A stretch of 64,000 nucleotides of DNA from an uncultured Rikenellaceae bacterium (GTDB lineage Bacteria > Bacteroidota > Bacteroidia > Bacteroidales > VadinHA17), in contig CAZGKI010000004.1 of NCBI GenBank assembly GCA_964526345.1, positions 8,694 through 72,693 of the forward strand. The letters are read 5' to 3'. The notes under the pieces are model-generated. The model was not told the origin of the DNA and did no database searches. It saw nothing but the letters and a program-made list of their open reading frames with translations. Made by a program: the position numbers and the translations under genes. Positions 39,437 through 48,585 of this stretch are shown here, piece by piece (positions within the stretch are counted from its first letter, which is position 1; each line of letters opens with the position of its first letter).

Positions 39437-40457
39437 ATTGCGGACTATACTTTGCTTTTTCAAGGATGCCCTGAACATCAGTGTTAGTCATCAACTTCCC
39501 CAAAGTAATATCCTTGTTTTTCATCATAAATGATTCGACAATACGGTAACCTATCCAGACGGAAGCCTTCCCGGGCGATTCATTGGTGAAAAAACTTGTA
39601 AAGGGTGCTTCATCTGTGAGCTTCCGGATTACAAACTGGTCGGTACTGAACAACAGGTCATGCTCAATAAGATACTGCCACATCTGGCTTTCATTATTAC
39701 GGCAAAACTTCATCTGACTTGCAGTAAATCCGAAAATAAGCGTATCATTCATTTCGGGTAGCATACATTTCTCATAGTACTTCAGCTTACCTTCATGTAT
39801 CATCTCTGCCAGAACATTATCTGCCTGATACTTAAGCTCTGCAAAATTCCATTCTGTTGATCCCCAGCCATATATACAGTCAGGAACAATATTCCAGGAA
39901 TTCATCCTTGCAGATATATAATCGTATATTCCAAGTCGTGGATAATATTCACTATTCCTGCCAAGATACCTGTCAAGACCAATTCCCAGGATTGAATCAG
40001 CTGTTATTATGCTGTTATTGAATCCGGTAATACATGTAAATACACCAGGGATCTTCTTTTCAGGAAAATACCAGCGGTAATGCCGGAAGGCGTTCCTGAG
40101 ATCTGTTTCAACTGAATTAATATTGGGATAATTCTGCATAACCGATTCATAAACTTCATTATTCAGCTTATCGGTGCAAAACCTTACAAGAAAATCACTG
40201 AAGGAAGAATCATTTACATTTCCTGTATTAATTATGTAACTGAATATCTGAAGAAAAGGACCATATTTTTCTTTGAGATAAGGGATTTTAGCTGTAATTT
40301 CCGATGGGTCCAGGGTGAAGAGATCCGTTTCCAGCCTTTTTATCTCAATATCCACCTTAACAGAGGATACGTTGATTTTATAGCTATTTCTCCTGCAGGC
40401 TAAAATAACCAGGAGACCAAGAACTACCATAATGATGATTATTGAGCGTACTCTCAT
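39435..40457 (-). CDS. gldB: GldB-like (DUF2268-type) lipoprotein
   Basis: Lipobox 'LLVILAC'. The opening 'VKVDIEIKRLETDLFTL' resembles the start of GldB lipoproteins as I recall them, and the position near nadE fits. Assignment is from memory of the family only. Confidence 0.45.
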   Translation of the reverse strand: MRVRSIIIIMVVLGLLVILACRRNSYKINVSSVKVDIEIKRLETDLFTLDPSEITAKIPYLKEKYGPFLQIFSYIINTGNVNDSSFSDFLVRFCTDKLNNEVYESVMQNYPNINSVETDLRNAFRHYRWYFPEKKIPGVFTCITGFNNSIITADSILGIGLDRYLGRNSEYYPRLGIYDYISARMNSWNIVPDCIYGWGSTEWNFAELKYQADNVLAEMIHEGKLKYYEKCMLPEMNDTLIFGFTASQMKFCRNNESQMWQYLIEHDLLFSTDQFVIRKLTDEAPFTSFFTNESPGKASVWIGYRIVESFMMKNKDITLGKLMTNTDVQGILEKAKYSPQ

Positions 40458-40580
40458 ATAGATATCGGTTTGAACCTTCGAAATTAATTACTTTTCATCT
40501 TTACACCAACTTATATTAACGACACAATAAGTTACCTTAATATTTGTTATTTTCGTACAAATATTAAAAATAGATAAGCT

Positions 40581-41294
40581 ATGACTTTAGGTAAAATTAG
40601 TATAAACTGCATAAAAGTTCTTAAACCCGTTTCAACAATCTCCCTTTTTTTGATCTTTTTTAACTTAAATGCCCAGCAAAAAATCACTTTCGGAGTACAT
40701 GCCGATCCGATAATATGCTGGTTTGGATCGGATAATAGTTTTGTAAGAAATGAAGGAGCAAGGCCTGGCTTTAATTTTGGCCTCACCTTTAACAAATATT
40801 TCGGTGATAACTATTCTTTTTCTTCAGGAATAAACATTATAAGTGCGGGAGGAAGACTTGTAAGCAGTGATACGACCCGGCTTCAGTTAGATAATTATCA
40901 GAATGGAATTGCAAAAGTGTTGCCTGGCGGGGCTATAATCTATAAAGTGCAATACCTGTCAATACCTCTCGGCTTAAAACTGCAGACCAACCAGATAGGA
41001 TATATTACATTTTTCACCGATCTCGGTCTCGACCCTAAAGTTGTTATTGGAGGGAAAGTAGATGTTCCCTCTCTCGATATAAAAGGGGAAAAAGCATTTT
41101 CAGAGTTAAGAACCTTCAACCTTTCGTACCACATTATGGCTGGTATTGAATATTCTCTGGGAGGAAATACAGCTTTCGTTCTAGGGCTAGGTTTCGACAA
41201 TAATTTCCTCGATATCACTAAAGATCTTAATGGCCAGCCTGTCGATAAAATTTCTCACAGACTTTTATCCTTCAGGCTTGGCGTCAATTTTTAA
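40581..41294 (+). CDS. small outer-membrane beta-barrel protein (PorT/OMP_b-brl family-like)
   Basis: Signal peptide ending 'NLNAQQ'; alternating-strand pattern; C-terminal 'LSFRLGVNF'. Confidence 0.65.
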   Translation: MTLGKISINCIKVLKPVSTISLFLIFFNLNAQQKITFGVHADPIICWFGSDNSFVRNEGARPGFNFGLTFNKYFGDNYSFSSGINIISAGGRLVSSDTTRLQLDNYQNGIAKVLPGGAIIYKVQYLSIPLGLKLQTNQIGYITFFTDLGLDPKVVIGGKVDVPSLDIKGEKAFSELRTFNLSYHIMAGIEYSLGGNTAFVLGLGFDNNFLDITKDLNGQPVDKISHRLLSFRLGVNF

Positions 41295-41304
41295 TTAAGC
41301 AGAA

Positions 41305-42963
41305 ATGAAGATCACAATTGCACAGCTAAATTTTCATATCGGGAACTTTGCCAGTAACAAGGATCTTATCTGTAACACAATAAATAAGGCCAAAACAGAT
41401 AATGCTGACTTGGTTATTTTTTCGGAGTTGTGTATTCCGGGGTATCCTCCTCTCGATCTTCTCGATCGTTACGATTTCATTGAAAAATGCAACCAGACTG
41501 TTGAAAAAGTTGCAAAAGAATGCACCGGAATTTGTGCTATAGTAGGTTCCCCGACCATAAATAAAAACCCTGAAGGCAAAAAGCTTTTTAACTCAGCCCT
41601 GGCACTTTTGGAAGGGAAGATAATCTTTACAGCGAATAAAGCTCTTCTTCCAACTTATGATATTTTTGACGAATACAGGTACTTTGAACCTGAAAAACAA
41701 TTTACAATCTTCGAATTCAAAGGATTAAAAATAGCGCTTACAATTTGTGAAGATCTATGGGATGAACAGCCTTTTGATAATGAATTCGAAAAGAAAAGCA
41801 TGTATACTCTTTCGCCGATGGAGGAGCTTGCTAAACAGGATCCGGATGTTGTAATAAATATTTCAGCATCACCTTTTTCCTATAACAAAACTGATATAAA
41901 AGCAAATATCTTCAGATCAAAGGCAAAGGATTACAGGATCCCGGTTATTACAGTAAACCAGACCGGGGCGAACACAGAACTTATATTTGACGGAGGTTCG
42001 ATGATCGTGAATAATCGCGGAGAGATTTGGAGACGACTCCCATTCTTTGAGGAAGCAACCAGAACATTTTCACTTGATGATATATTTTCAGGAGACAACC
42101 CGTCAGGAGATATAAAGAGAGAACCTGTCGAACTCATTCATAAAGCACTTGTGACGGGGATCCATGATTATTTTAATAAAAGTAATTTCAGCAGCTGCAT
42201 TGTTGGTCTTTCGGGAGGTATAGATTCCGCATTGTGTGTATGTCTGGCAGCCGAAGCGCTTGGCCCGGAAAATGTCAGAGCACTCCTAATGCCATCGCGA
42301 TATTCCTCAGAACATTCTGTGAATGATGCTGTTACTCTGTCAAAGAGACTTAATATCAAATATGATATTGTTAGCATCGAAAATCCTTTCCGTGCTTTTG
42401 AGGAAGACCTCAAGCTTCTTTTCGATGGCAGAGAGCCTGATGTGACTGAGGAAAACATGCAGGCCAGGATACGAGCCCTGCTGCTGATGGCTGTCTCTAA
42501 CAAATTCGGATGCATACTTCTCAACACATCAAATAAAAGTGAAGCAGCCGTCGGGTATGGTACACTGTATGGCGATATGACCGGGGGATTGTCGGTAATC
42601 GGCGATGTTTACAAAACAGATATTTACAGGCTGGCAAATTACATAAACAGGGACCGGGAAATAATACCTCATAATATTATTATTAAACTTCCGTCTGCAG
42701 AACTTAAACCCGGGCAGTTTGATTCCGATTCACTTCCCGATTACAGGATCCTTGACTCAATTTTATATCAGTATATTGAGTTGCAAAAACCTGCAGAGAA
42801 AATATCCGGAGAAGGTATCGACGGAGATACCGTCAGAAAAGTTATCAGGCTCATAAACTACAATGAATATAAAAGATATCAGGCTCCGCCAGTGCTAAGG
42901 ATCTCCTCAAAATCTTTTGGCGCCGGCAGAAGAATGCCGCTGGTAGCAAAATACCAAAACTAA
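41305..42963 (+). CDS. nadE: glutamine-dependent NAD+ synthetase
   Basis: N-terminal CN-hydrolase domain ('ELCIPGYPP', 'ICEDLW'). C-terminal PP-loop 'GLSGGIDSA'. Confidence 0.9.
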   Translation: MKITIAQLNFHIGNFASNKDLICNTINKAKTDNADLVIFSELCIPGYPPLDLLDRYDFIEKCNQTVEKVAKECTGICAIVGSPTINKNPEGKKLFNSALALLEGKIIFTANKALLPTYDIFDEYRYFEPEKQFTIFEFKGLKIALTICEDLWDEQPFDNEFEKKSMYTLSPMEELAKQDPDVVINISASPFSYNKTDIKANIFRSKAKDYRIPVITVNQTGANTELIFDGGSMIVNNRGEIWRRLPFFEEATRTFSLDDIFSGDNPSGDIKREPVELIHKALVTGIHDYFNKSNFSSCIVGLSGGIDSALCVCLAAEALGPENVRALLMPSRYSSEHSVNDAVTLSKRLNIKYDIVSIENPFRAFEEDLKLLFDGREPDVTEENMQARIRALLLMAVSNKFGCILLNTSNKSEAAVGYGTLYGDMTGGLSVIGDVYKTDIYRLANYINRDREIIPHNIIIKLPSAELKPGQFDSDSLPDYRILDSILYQYIELQKPAEKISGEGIDGDTVRKVIRLINYNEYKRYQAPPVLRISSKSFGAGRRMPLVAKYQN

Positions 42964-43093
42964 ATTTCAAACACACTAAGTATCTGTTTCTAAATATGTT
43001 AAAAATTGTTAATTTAATTTTTGAATGTTTCTTTTATTAACTTTGATATGTTATAAAGCACACATTATCCATATTACTACTTTGGGAGTGTCT

Positions 43094-43226
43094 AAAAAGT
43101 CGAAATCTATTAACCGCTAAGACCGCTAAGAAATTACGCAAAGATCGCAAAAAGAAGGACAATAAGGTTTTAGCTTTGTGTGCTTTGCGAAAACTTTGCG
43201 TGCTCTGCGGTTAAAAAGGACTTTTT
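43094..43226. repeat. 133-bp imperfect composite palindrome built from CGCWAAG-like units (REP/MITE-like element)
   Basis: Left arm: AAAAAGTC...TTAACCGC TAAGACCGCTAAG..ACGCAAAG..TCGCAAAAAG. Right arm: CTTTGTGTG CTTTGCGA..CTTTGCGTG CTCTGCGGTTAA...GACTTTTT. Matched termini at 43094-43101 / 43219-43226 and TTAACCGC/GCGGTTAA at 43110-43117 / 43207-43214. Confidence 0.7.
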
Positions 43227-43291
43227 CAACAACCCCAAAAATAAATAAAGCAGAAAACAATTGGTTTATAGATAAGGTCACTTGTTATACT

Positions 43292-43993
43292 ATGCAATAC
43301 TCAAACCCATATATCGAGATTTGTCTGGAAGGTTCAGCATCTGTCTTTAAAGGCCTTTCTCCAGCTGAAAAAGGACTTATCGACCAGCACCATCATTATG
43401 TAGTATATAAAAAGGGGGATCTTGCCATAAAAGAGGGAGACAAAGCCAGAGGCGTGATATGTCTCGTTTCAGGAAAGCTTAAGATTTTCAGGGTTGGTGT
43501 GGGCGACAGGGAACAGATATTGAAGATGGTAAGACCATATGGTCTCATTGGTTATCGCGTTCTTTTTTCAGAAAGCTTTCAAATCGTTTCAGTCATGGCA
43601 ATTGAGGATTCAGCAATATGTATACTTGATAAAAACACATTAATAAAGATCCTCAGGAATAATGCAGAAATGTCATTTAAACTGATGAAGTCAATCACTG
43701 AGGATCTGACATTTGCATATAACCGTACCGTATCTCTTTCGCAAAAGCACATAAGAGGAAGAATTGCTGAATCGCTGCTTATTTTACGCGACACATACGG
43801 GCTCGAAACCGATGGTAAAACTTTGCGTGTATTACTTTCGAGGGAAGATATTGCTCATCTCTCGAATATGACCACCTCCAATGCTATCCGGACCCTGTCG
43901 TCAATGGCTTCAGAAGGTTTGATTGAACTGGAAGGAAGAAAGATAAGCATACCTGACATGAGTGTTATTGAGCGCATTAGTGAGGCTGGCTGA
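43292..43993 (+). CDS. Crp/Fnr-family transcriptional regulator
   Basis: cNMP-binding beta-roll ('YKKGDLAIKEGDKARGVICLVSGKLKIF'). C-terminal HTH 'REDIAHLSNMTTSNAIRTLSSM'. Start moved to the ATG at 43292, outside the repeat element. Confidence 0.85.
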   Translation: MQYSNPYIEICLEGSASVFKGLSPAEKGLIDQHHHYVVYKKGDLAIKEGDKARGVICLVSGKLKIFRVGVGDREQILKMVRPYGLIGYRVLFSESFQIVSVMAIEDSAICILDKNTLIKILRNNAEMSFKLMKSITEDLTFAYNRTVSLSQKHIRGRIAESLLILRDTYGLETDGKTLRVLLSREDIAHLSNMTTSNAIRTLSSMASEGLIELEGRKISIPDMSVIERISEAG

Positions 43994-44015
43994 AAAATAA
44001 GCTCCAAAAATGTCT

Positions 44016-46478
44016 TTATTCCCTGAAAAAGACTCTTTTAACCCGGGCCGGTATTGATGTAAGTATCTCATATGGAATGGTCTCGCATTTAATTGCCATC
44101 TCCTTAATACTGATATTATCGCCGAATATCTCAGCTTCATCACCAACATCTGCTCCCGGTCCAGTAATATCCACCATACACATATCCATACAAATATTTC
44201 CGATTAAAGGGACTCTTGTATTATTAATCCAGACATTTCCATTTCTGTTTCCGAGCTTCCTGTTAAGACCATCAGCATAACCGACAGGCAATATTCCAAT
44301 GAGTCTGGCATTCTCTGATACATCAGCACAACCATATCCTACAGGCTCGCCTGCAGGTATCTCCTTAACCTGTGATATTCTTGTTTTAAAACGACCAGCC
44401 GGCTTCAGGGCCATACCTTGTATTTCACCGATTCCATAAATACCAATTCCGGGCCTGACCATCTCGAACTGGTACTCCGGGAAACGGATTATGCCGGCTG
44501 AATTACACAGATGCCTAAGGAATGGATAACCAGTTGCTACCCTGATAATTGCTGCTGCTTTTAAGAATGCCTCTGCCTGCCTGCGGGTAAAATGATCATA
44601 TGAAGGATCTTCAGAAGCCGCAAGATGTGAAAATACAGAAATAACCTTTATTGATTCAAGGCCCTTCAGCTGGCCCGTCAGATCATCAACTTCTCCTGGC
44701 ATAAATCCAAGCCTGTGCATTCCGGAATCAATCTTAATATGAACCGGATACTGAATGAGACCATGTTTGGAGGCCATATCAGTAAACTGACGCAGAGAAT
44801 AAAAACTATAGATCACAGGTTCAAGATTGTACCTGATCATGACCTCTAATGAAGTCGGATCAGGATTCATTACCATCACGGGAAGAGTGACGCCTGCATT
44901 CCTGAGTTCCACGCCTTCATCCGCATAGGCAACCCCAAGATAACTAACCCTGTGGTATTCCAGTAATCCTGAAATCTCAGCCGGGCCGGCACCATATGCA
45001 AATGCTTTGACCATCGCCATGATTAGTGTGCCCGGATCAAGATACCTTCTGAATTCATTCAGATTATGAGCAATAGCATCAAGGTTGATTTCCAGTATCG
45101 TCTGATGAACCTGCAACTCCAGGAGCTTCCCTATCTTTTCAAACTCGTATACTCGGGCGCCTTTTATAAGGATTGTCTCATTTCTGAAATCTGATGCACC
45201 CATCTGAAGAATGAATTCCGCGGTTGAATAGAAAAACCTGGATCCACCTGCAAATAAATTACTGTTCCGCGTCAGCACAGGGCCTATTCCAATAAACTTG
45301 TCAACGCCAACTTTAGATACAAGAGCGGCAACTTCACCATATAATTCTGCTTCATCCCTACCGCTCTGTACAAAATCTGATAATATAAGTGTCTTATTTC
45401 TGTGGTTCTGCCCGATAAGGTATTCGATAGCCATACCAAGCGAACCCGGGTCAGAATTATAATAGTCCTCTATCAGCAGGCAGTTATTGATCCCTGTTTT
45501 AATTTCCATTCTCATGGCTACCGAGACCAGGTTCAATAATCCCTTTCTGATAACTTCGGGATCAGTATTTACAGCCAGACAAACTGATGCTACAGTTACA
45601 GCATTCTCAACCGAGGCACGATCGTTGAACGGGATAATAAATTCGTTGCTTTTCCCCTTATAAACCATTACCAGTTGTGTCCTTCCGTCGGGAAGAGCTT
45701 TTTTTGTTACTCTTATTGCTGCATTATTATTTTCATAAGCCCAGTCGATAATTTCCTTTGATCCCGGCATCACATCACTTTTTACAAGTCGGGTAATAAG
45801 TTGATGATCGCTGCAAAATATTATCCTTGAAGCATCCTTGAAAAGTATCAGCTTTTCCTTTGCTTTAGTCTCATTATCAGGAAAATTCTCACCATGGGCA
45901 TCACCGATATTTGTTATCACGCCAATATCAGGATTGATCACTTTCCTGAGTTTCTCCATCTCCCCCGGCAAGGATATGCCGGCTTCAAATATCCCAAACC
46001 TGTATTTGTCGTCAAGCTTCCACACCGACAGGGGAACTCCAATCTGGGAATTATAGCTTTTCGGGCTTCTGACCACCGGAGAGGTGATCCCCAGGATATC
46101 CGCAAGCCACTCTTTTACAACTGTCTTTCCTGCACTGCCTGTGACAGCTATAACCGGTGATTTAAACGATTTTCTTTTAAAAGCAGCCAGTTGCTGGAGA
46201 GATGAAACAGTATCGTTTGTCAGAATAAATGCAGCATCGTTGTAACGATCAGAGTCATCAGGCATCTTCTCAACAATAAAGGTTCGAATACCTCTTAAAT
46301 AAAGGTTCCCTATAAACTGGTGACCATCATGATTTTTACCTCGAATGGCAAAAAAGGCCAGCTCATCTGCGAAATTGAGCAACCTGCTGTCGGTAATTAT
46401 ATCTGAAACTGGGAGGTCAGCTTTTCCAATCAGCTTACCATGTACAATAGTTGCAATATCGGAGGAGGTAAATTTCAA
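44016..46478 (-). CDS. bifunctional MurF (UDP-MurNAc-tripeptide:D-Ala-D-Ala ligase) / alanine racemase fusion
   Basis: The N-terminal ~455 aa have Mur ligase 'AVTGSAGKT' and 'DYYNSDPGS'. From ~residue 458 come the Alr motifs 'EINLDAIAHN' and the PLP-Lys motif 'AMVKAFAYGAG', then 'ICMDMCMVD'. Confidence 0.9.
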   Translation of the reverse strand: MKFTSSDIATIVHGKLIGKADLPVSDIITDSRLLNFADELAFFAIRGKNHDGHQFIGNLYLRGIRTFIVEKMPDDSDRYNDAAFILTNDTVSSLQQLAAFKRKSFKSPVIAVTGSAGKTVVKEWLADILGITSPVVRSPKSYNSQIGVPLSVWKLDDKYRFGIFEAGISLPGEMEKLRKVINPDIGVITNIGDAHGENFPDNETKAKEKLILFKDASRIIFCSDHQLITRLVKSDVMPGSKEIIDWAYENNNAAIRVTKKALPDGRTQLVMVYKGKSNEFIIPFNDRASVENAVTVASVCLAVNTDPEVIRKGLLNLVSVAMRMEIKTGINNCLLIEDYYNSDPGSLGMAIEYLIGQNHRNKTLILSDFVQSGRDEAELYGEVAALVSKVGVDKFIGIGPVLTRNSNLFAGGSRFFYSTAEFILQMGASDFRNETILIKGARVYEFEKIGKLLELQVHQTILEINLDAIAHNLNEFRRYLDPGTLIMAMVKAFAYGAGPAEISGLLEYHRVSYLGVAYADEGVELRNAGVTLPVMVMNPDPTSLEVMIRYNLEPVIYSFYSLRQFTDMASKHGLIQYPVHIKIDSGMHRLGFMPGEVDDLTGQLKGLESIKVISVFSHLAASEDPSYDHFTRRQAEAFLKAAAIIRVATGYPFLRHLCNSAGIIRFPEYQFEMVRPGIGIYGIGEIQGMALKPAGRFKTRISQVKEIPAGEPVGYGCADVSENARLIGILPVGYADGLNRKLGNRNGNVWINNTRVPLIGNICMDMCMVDITGPGADVGDEAEIFGDNISIKEMAIKCETIPYEILTSIPARVKRVFFRE

Positions 46479-46504
46479 AATTGAATCTTATAAGTTAATC
46501 TAAA

Positions 46505-47089
46505 TCAGGTTTTCTTTAATGCATCGTTATAGCAGTTTCTGCACAAGGGCTCATACTTATCTTTTTCACCCAGTACGACAATCTGCTCTTCCTCTGATTT
46601 TCTGAAAGAATACTGAGCAAGGTTCCCGCATCTCATACATATCGCATGAACTTTAGTAACATATTCGGCAATAGCAAGAAGGTCAGGCATCGGACCGAAT
46701 GGCTTTCCCATAAAATCCATATCAAGACCGGCAATCACAAGACGTATCCCTCTATCTGCCAAACTATTACATACATCAATAATTGAATTGTCAAAGAATT
46801 GTGCCTCATCTATGCCTACAACATTTACATCGCCGGCAAGCAATAAGATGGCGGATGGATTATCCACAGGAGTGGAAACTATTGATTTTTCATCATGAGA
46901 AACTACTCTGGTTTCGGAATAACGCTTATCGAGCGACGGCTTGAAGATCTCAACCTTTAAACCGGCAAACTGAGCTCTTCTTAACCGTCTGATGAGTTCT
47001 TCCGTTTTTCCCGAGAACATAGAACCTGTAATCACTTCTATTGATCCCCGTTTTCCGGTCGCTCTCACTGAATTTTCGAGAAAATCCAT
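46505..47089 (-). CDS. tdk: thymidine kinase
   Basis: '[14 protein letters not shown]'; 'VGIDEAQFF'; Zn ribbon 'CMRCG...CRNCY'. Confidence 0.9.
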   Translation of the reverse strand: MDFLENSVRATGKRGSIEVITGSMFSGKTEELIRRLRRAQFAGLKVEIFKPSLDKRYSETRVVSHDEKSIVSTPVDNPSAILLLAGDVNVVGIDEAQFFDNSIIDVCNSLADRGIRLVIAGLDMDFMGKPFGPMPDLLAIAEYVTKVHAICMRCGNLAQYSFRKSEEEQIVVLGEKDKYEPLCRNCYNDALKKT

Positions 47090-47157
47090 ATTTAATTATC
47101 TCTTCTGTTGAATACCAATTTGTAACAATATTCCGTTATGTCTAGTGGAATATTGCT

Positions 47158-47165
47158 TATTTTTG
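47158..47165 (+). promoter_or_regulatory. candidate -7 box (TATTTTTG) embedded in a 19-bp palindrome
   Basis: TAnnTTTG match 42 nt upstream of the ATG at 47207. It sits inside CTTATTTTTGCAAAATAAG (47156-47174). Confidence 0.4.
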
Positions 47166-47206
47166 CAAAATAAGGAATTTGGTTTGTTATTATAACATTT
47201 AAAGGT

Positions 47207-47878
47207 ATGGATTTCAACGCGACCGTTGATATAATTATAAAAGATCTTGAAGAAGCAAGAACAATTATTGATGACCTGAAGAATTGCCCGGGTGTTCCTC
47301 TTCTTCAGATTGAGCTGGCTAAATCGAAGTGTAAAAGCGCAGGAGAAGTTATTGCCCTTCTTAAAAATCTGCAGGACAAGGGTTTACATGAGACAAAAAG
47401 AGAACCTGAACTTCAACCACCTGATAAAGAGATGATACCTGTCGATTTTACACCCAAAGAGCCAGAGCCGGAAGCTCCATATAAAGTTCAGGAAATAAAA
47501 AAAGAAGAACACAAGAAAGTGAGGGATAAAAAACCGGAATCATCAATTATCGCTGACAGGTTCATCAATCCTCACGAAAGTCTGAATGAGAGGCTTGGGA
47601 TTAAAAGAGAGGATGATGAATATTCTGATATTAGAAAATCAAAACCTGTCACAAACCTGTCTGATGCTATTGGTGTTAATGATAAATTTCTGTTTATCAG
47701 AGAGATATTTGATGGAAATCCTGAATCATTTGAGCAGGCTATTTCAAGGCTTGACAATGCAGAAAATTTGTCGGCGGCAAAGGAAATAATAAAGAGCTAT
47801 TCAGAAGATAACAAAGAAACCACGGTAATACGGCAACTACTGGACCTGATAAAACGCAAATTTCCTTCTGATGAGTAA
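47207..47878 (+). CDS. hypothetical protein (helical N-terminus, charged low-complexity centre, C-terminal 'AIGVNDKFLFIREIFDG' domain)
   Basis: 223 aa; 8-nt overlap with rsmI; no family name recalled. Confidence 0.6.
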   Translation: MDFNATVDIIIKDLEEARTIIDDLKNCPGVPLLQIELAKSKCKSAGEVIALLKNLQDKGLHETKREPELQPPDKEMIPVDFTPKEPEPEAPYKVQEIKKEEHKKVRDKKPESSIIADRFINPHESLNERLGIKREDDEYSDIRKSKPVTNLSDAIGVNDKFLFIREIFDGNPESFEQAISRLDNAENLSAAKEIIKSYSEDNKETTVIRQLLDLIKRKFPSDE

Positions 47879-48545
47879 ATTATATCTCGTCCCGACACCA
47901 ATAGGTAATCTAAGAGATATTACTTTCAGGGCAATAGAGATACTGGGAAGTGTCGACCTTATCCTGGCAGAAGACACCAGGCAGGCAGGCAAGCTGTTGA
48001 ATCATTATAAAATTAAGTCGACACTCCAGTCACACCATATGTTCAACGAGCATAAGAGTGTTGAATATATATGTACGAGGATATTATCCGGAACAAAAAT
48101 CGCACTGATTTCAGATGCCGGAACTCCAGGTATTTCAGATCCTGGTTTTTTACTTGTCAGAACATGCCTCGAAAAGGGCATTCCGGTTGAGACTCTTCCG
48201 GGTCCGACGGCTCTGATACCTGCCCTGGTGAATTCCGGATTGCCATGTGACCGTTTTTGCTTTGAAGGATTTCTTCCTCCCAAAAAAGGCAGAAATAAAA
48301 GATTGACCGGGCTGGAAACAGAGAACAGGACAATGATATTTTATGAATCGCCCTACCGGCTTGTAAGAACTCTCGGTGAGCTTGTTGAACATTTCGGGCA
48401 GGAAAGAGAAGCCTGCGTTTCGAGAGAGCTCACGAAGGTTTTTGAGGAGAATCAGAGAGGTTCATTGTCTTTTCTTTCAGAACACTATAGAAATCATCCG
48501 CCAAAAGGCGAGATTGTAATAATAGTGGCCGGGAAAAAAGACTGA
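47871..48545 (+). CDS. rsmI: 16S rRNA (cytidine1402-2'-O)-methyltransferase RsmI
   Basis: 'LYLVPTPIGNLRDITFRA...LAEDTR'; 'SDAGTPGISDPG'; 'FEGFLP'. Confidence 0.9.
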   Translation: MSKLYLVPTPIGNLRDITFRAIEILGSVDLILAEDTRQAGKLLNHYKIKSTLQSHHMFNEHKSVEYICTRILSGTKIALISDAGTPGISDPGFLLVRTCLEKGIPVETLPGPTALIPALVNSGLPCDRFCFEGFLPPKKGRNKRLTGLETENRTMIFYESPYRLVRTLGELVEHFGQEREACVSRELTKVFEENQRGSLSFLSEHYRNHPPKGEIVIIVAGKKD

Positions 48546-48585
48546 CTTAAAAACAAACCTGTCATATTTATAACTGATGCCCTGT

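Noticed and set aside
39197-39478. A 93-aa minus-strand ORF in the track.
   Set aside because: It is a shadow of the plus-strand ferredoxin gene and its terminator. It is Cys- and Phe-rich nonsense with no start context.
43178-43291. A 38-codon N-terminal extension of the Crp/Fnr ORF ('MCFAKTLRALRLKRTF...').
   Set aside because: It is the translation of the right arm of the palindromic repeat element (43094-43226). The ATG at 43292 gives a normal-length Crp/Fnr protein.
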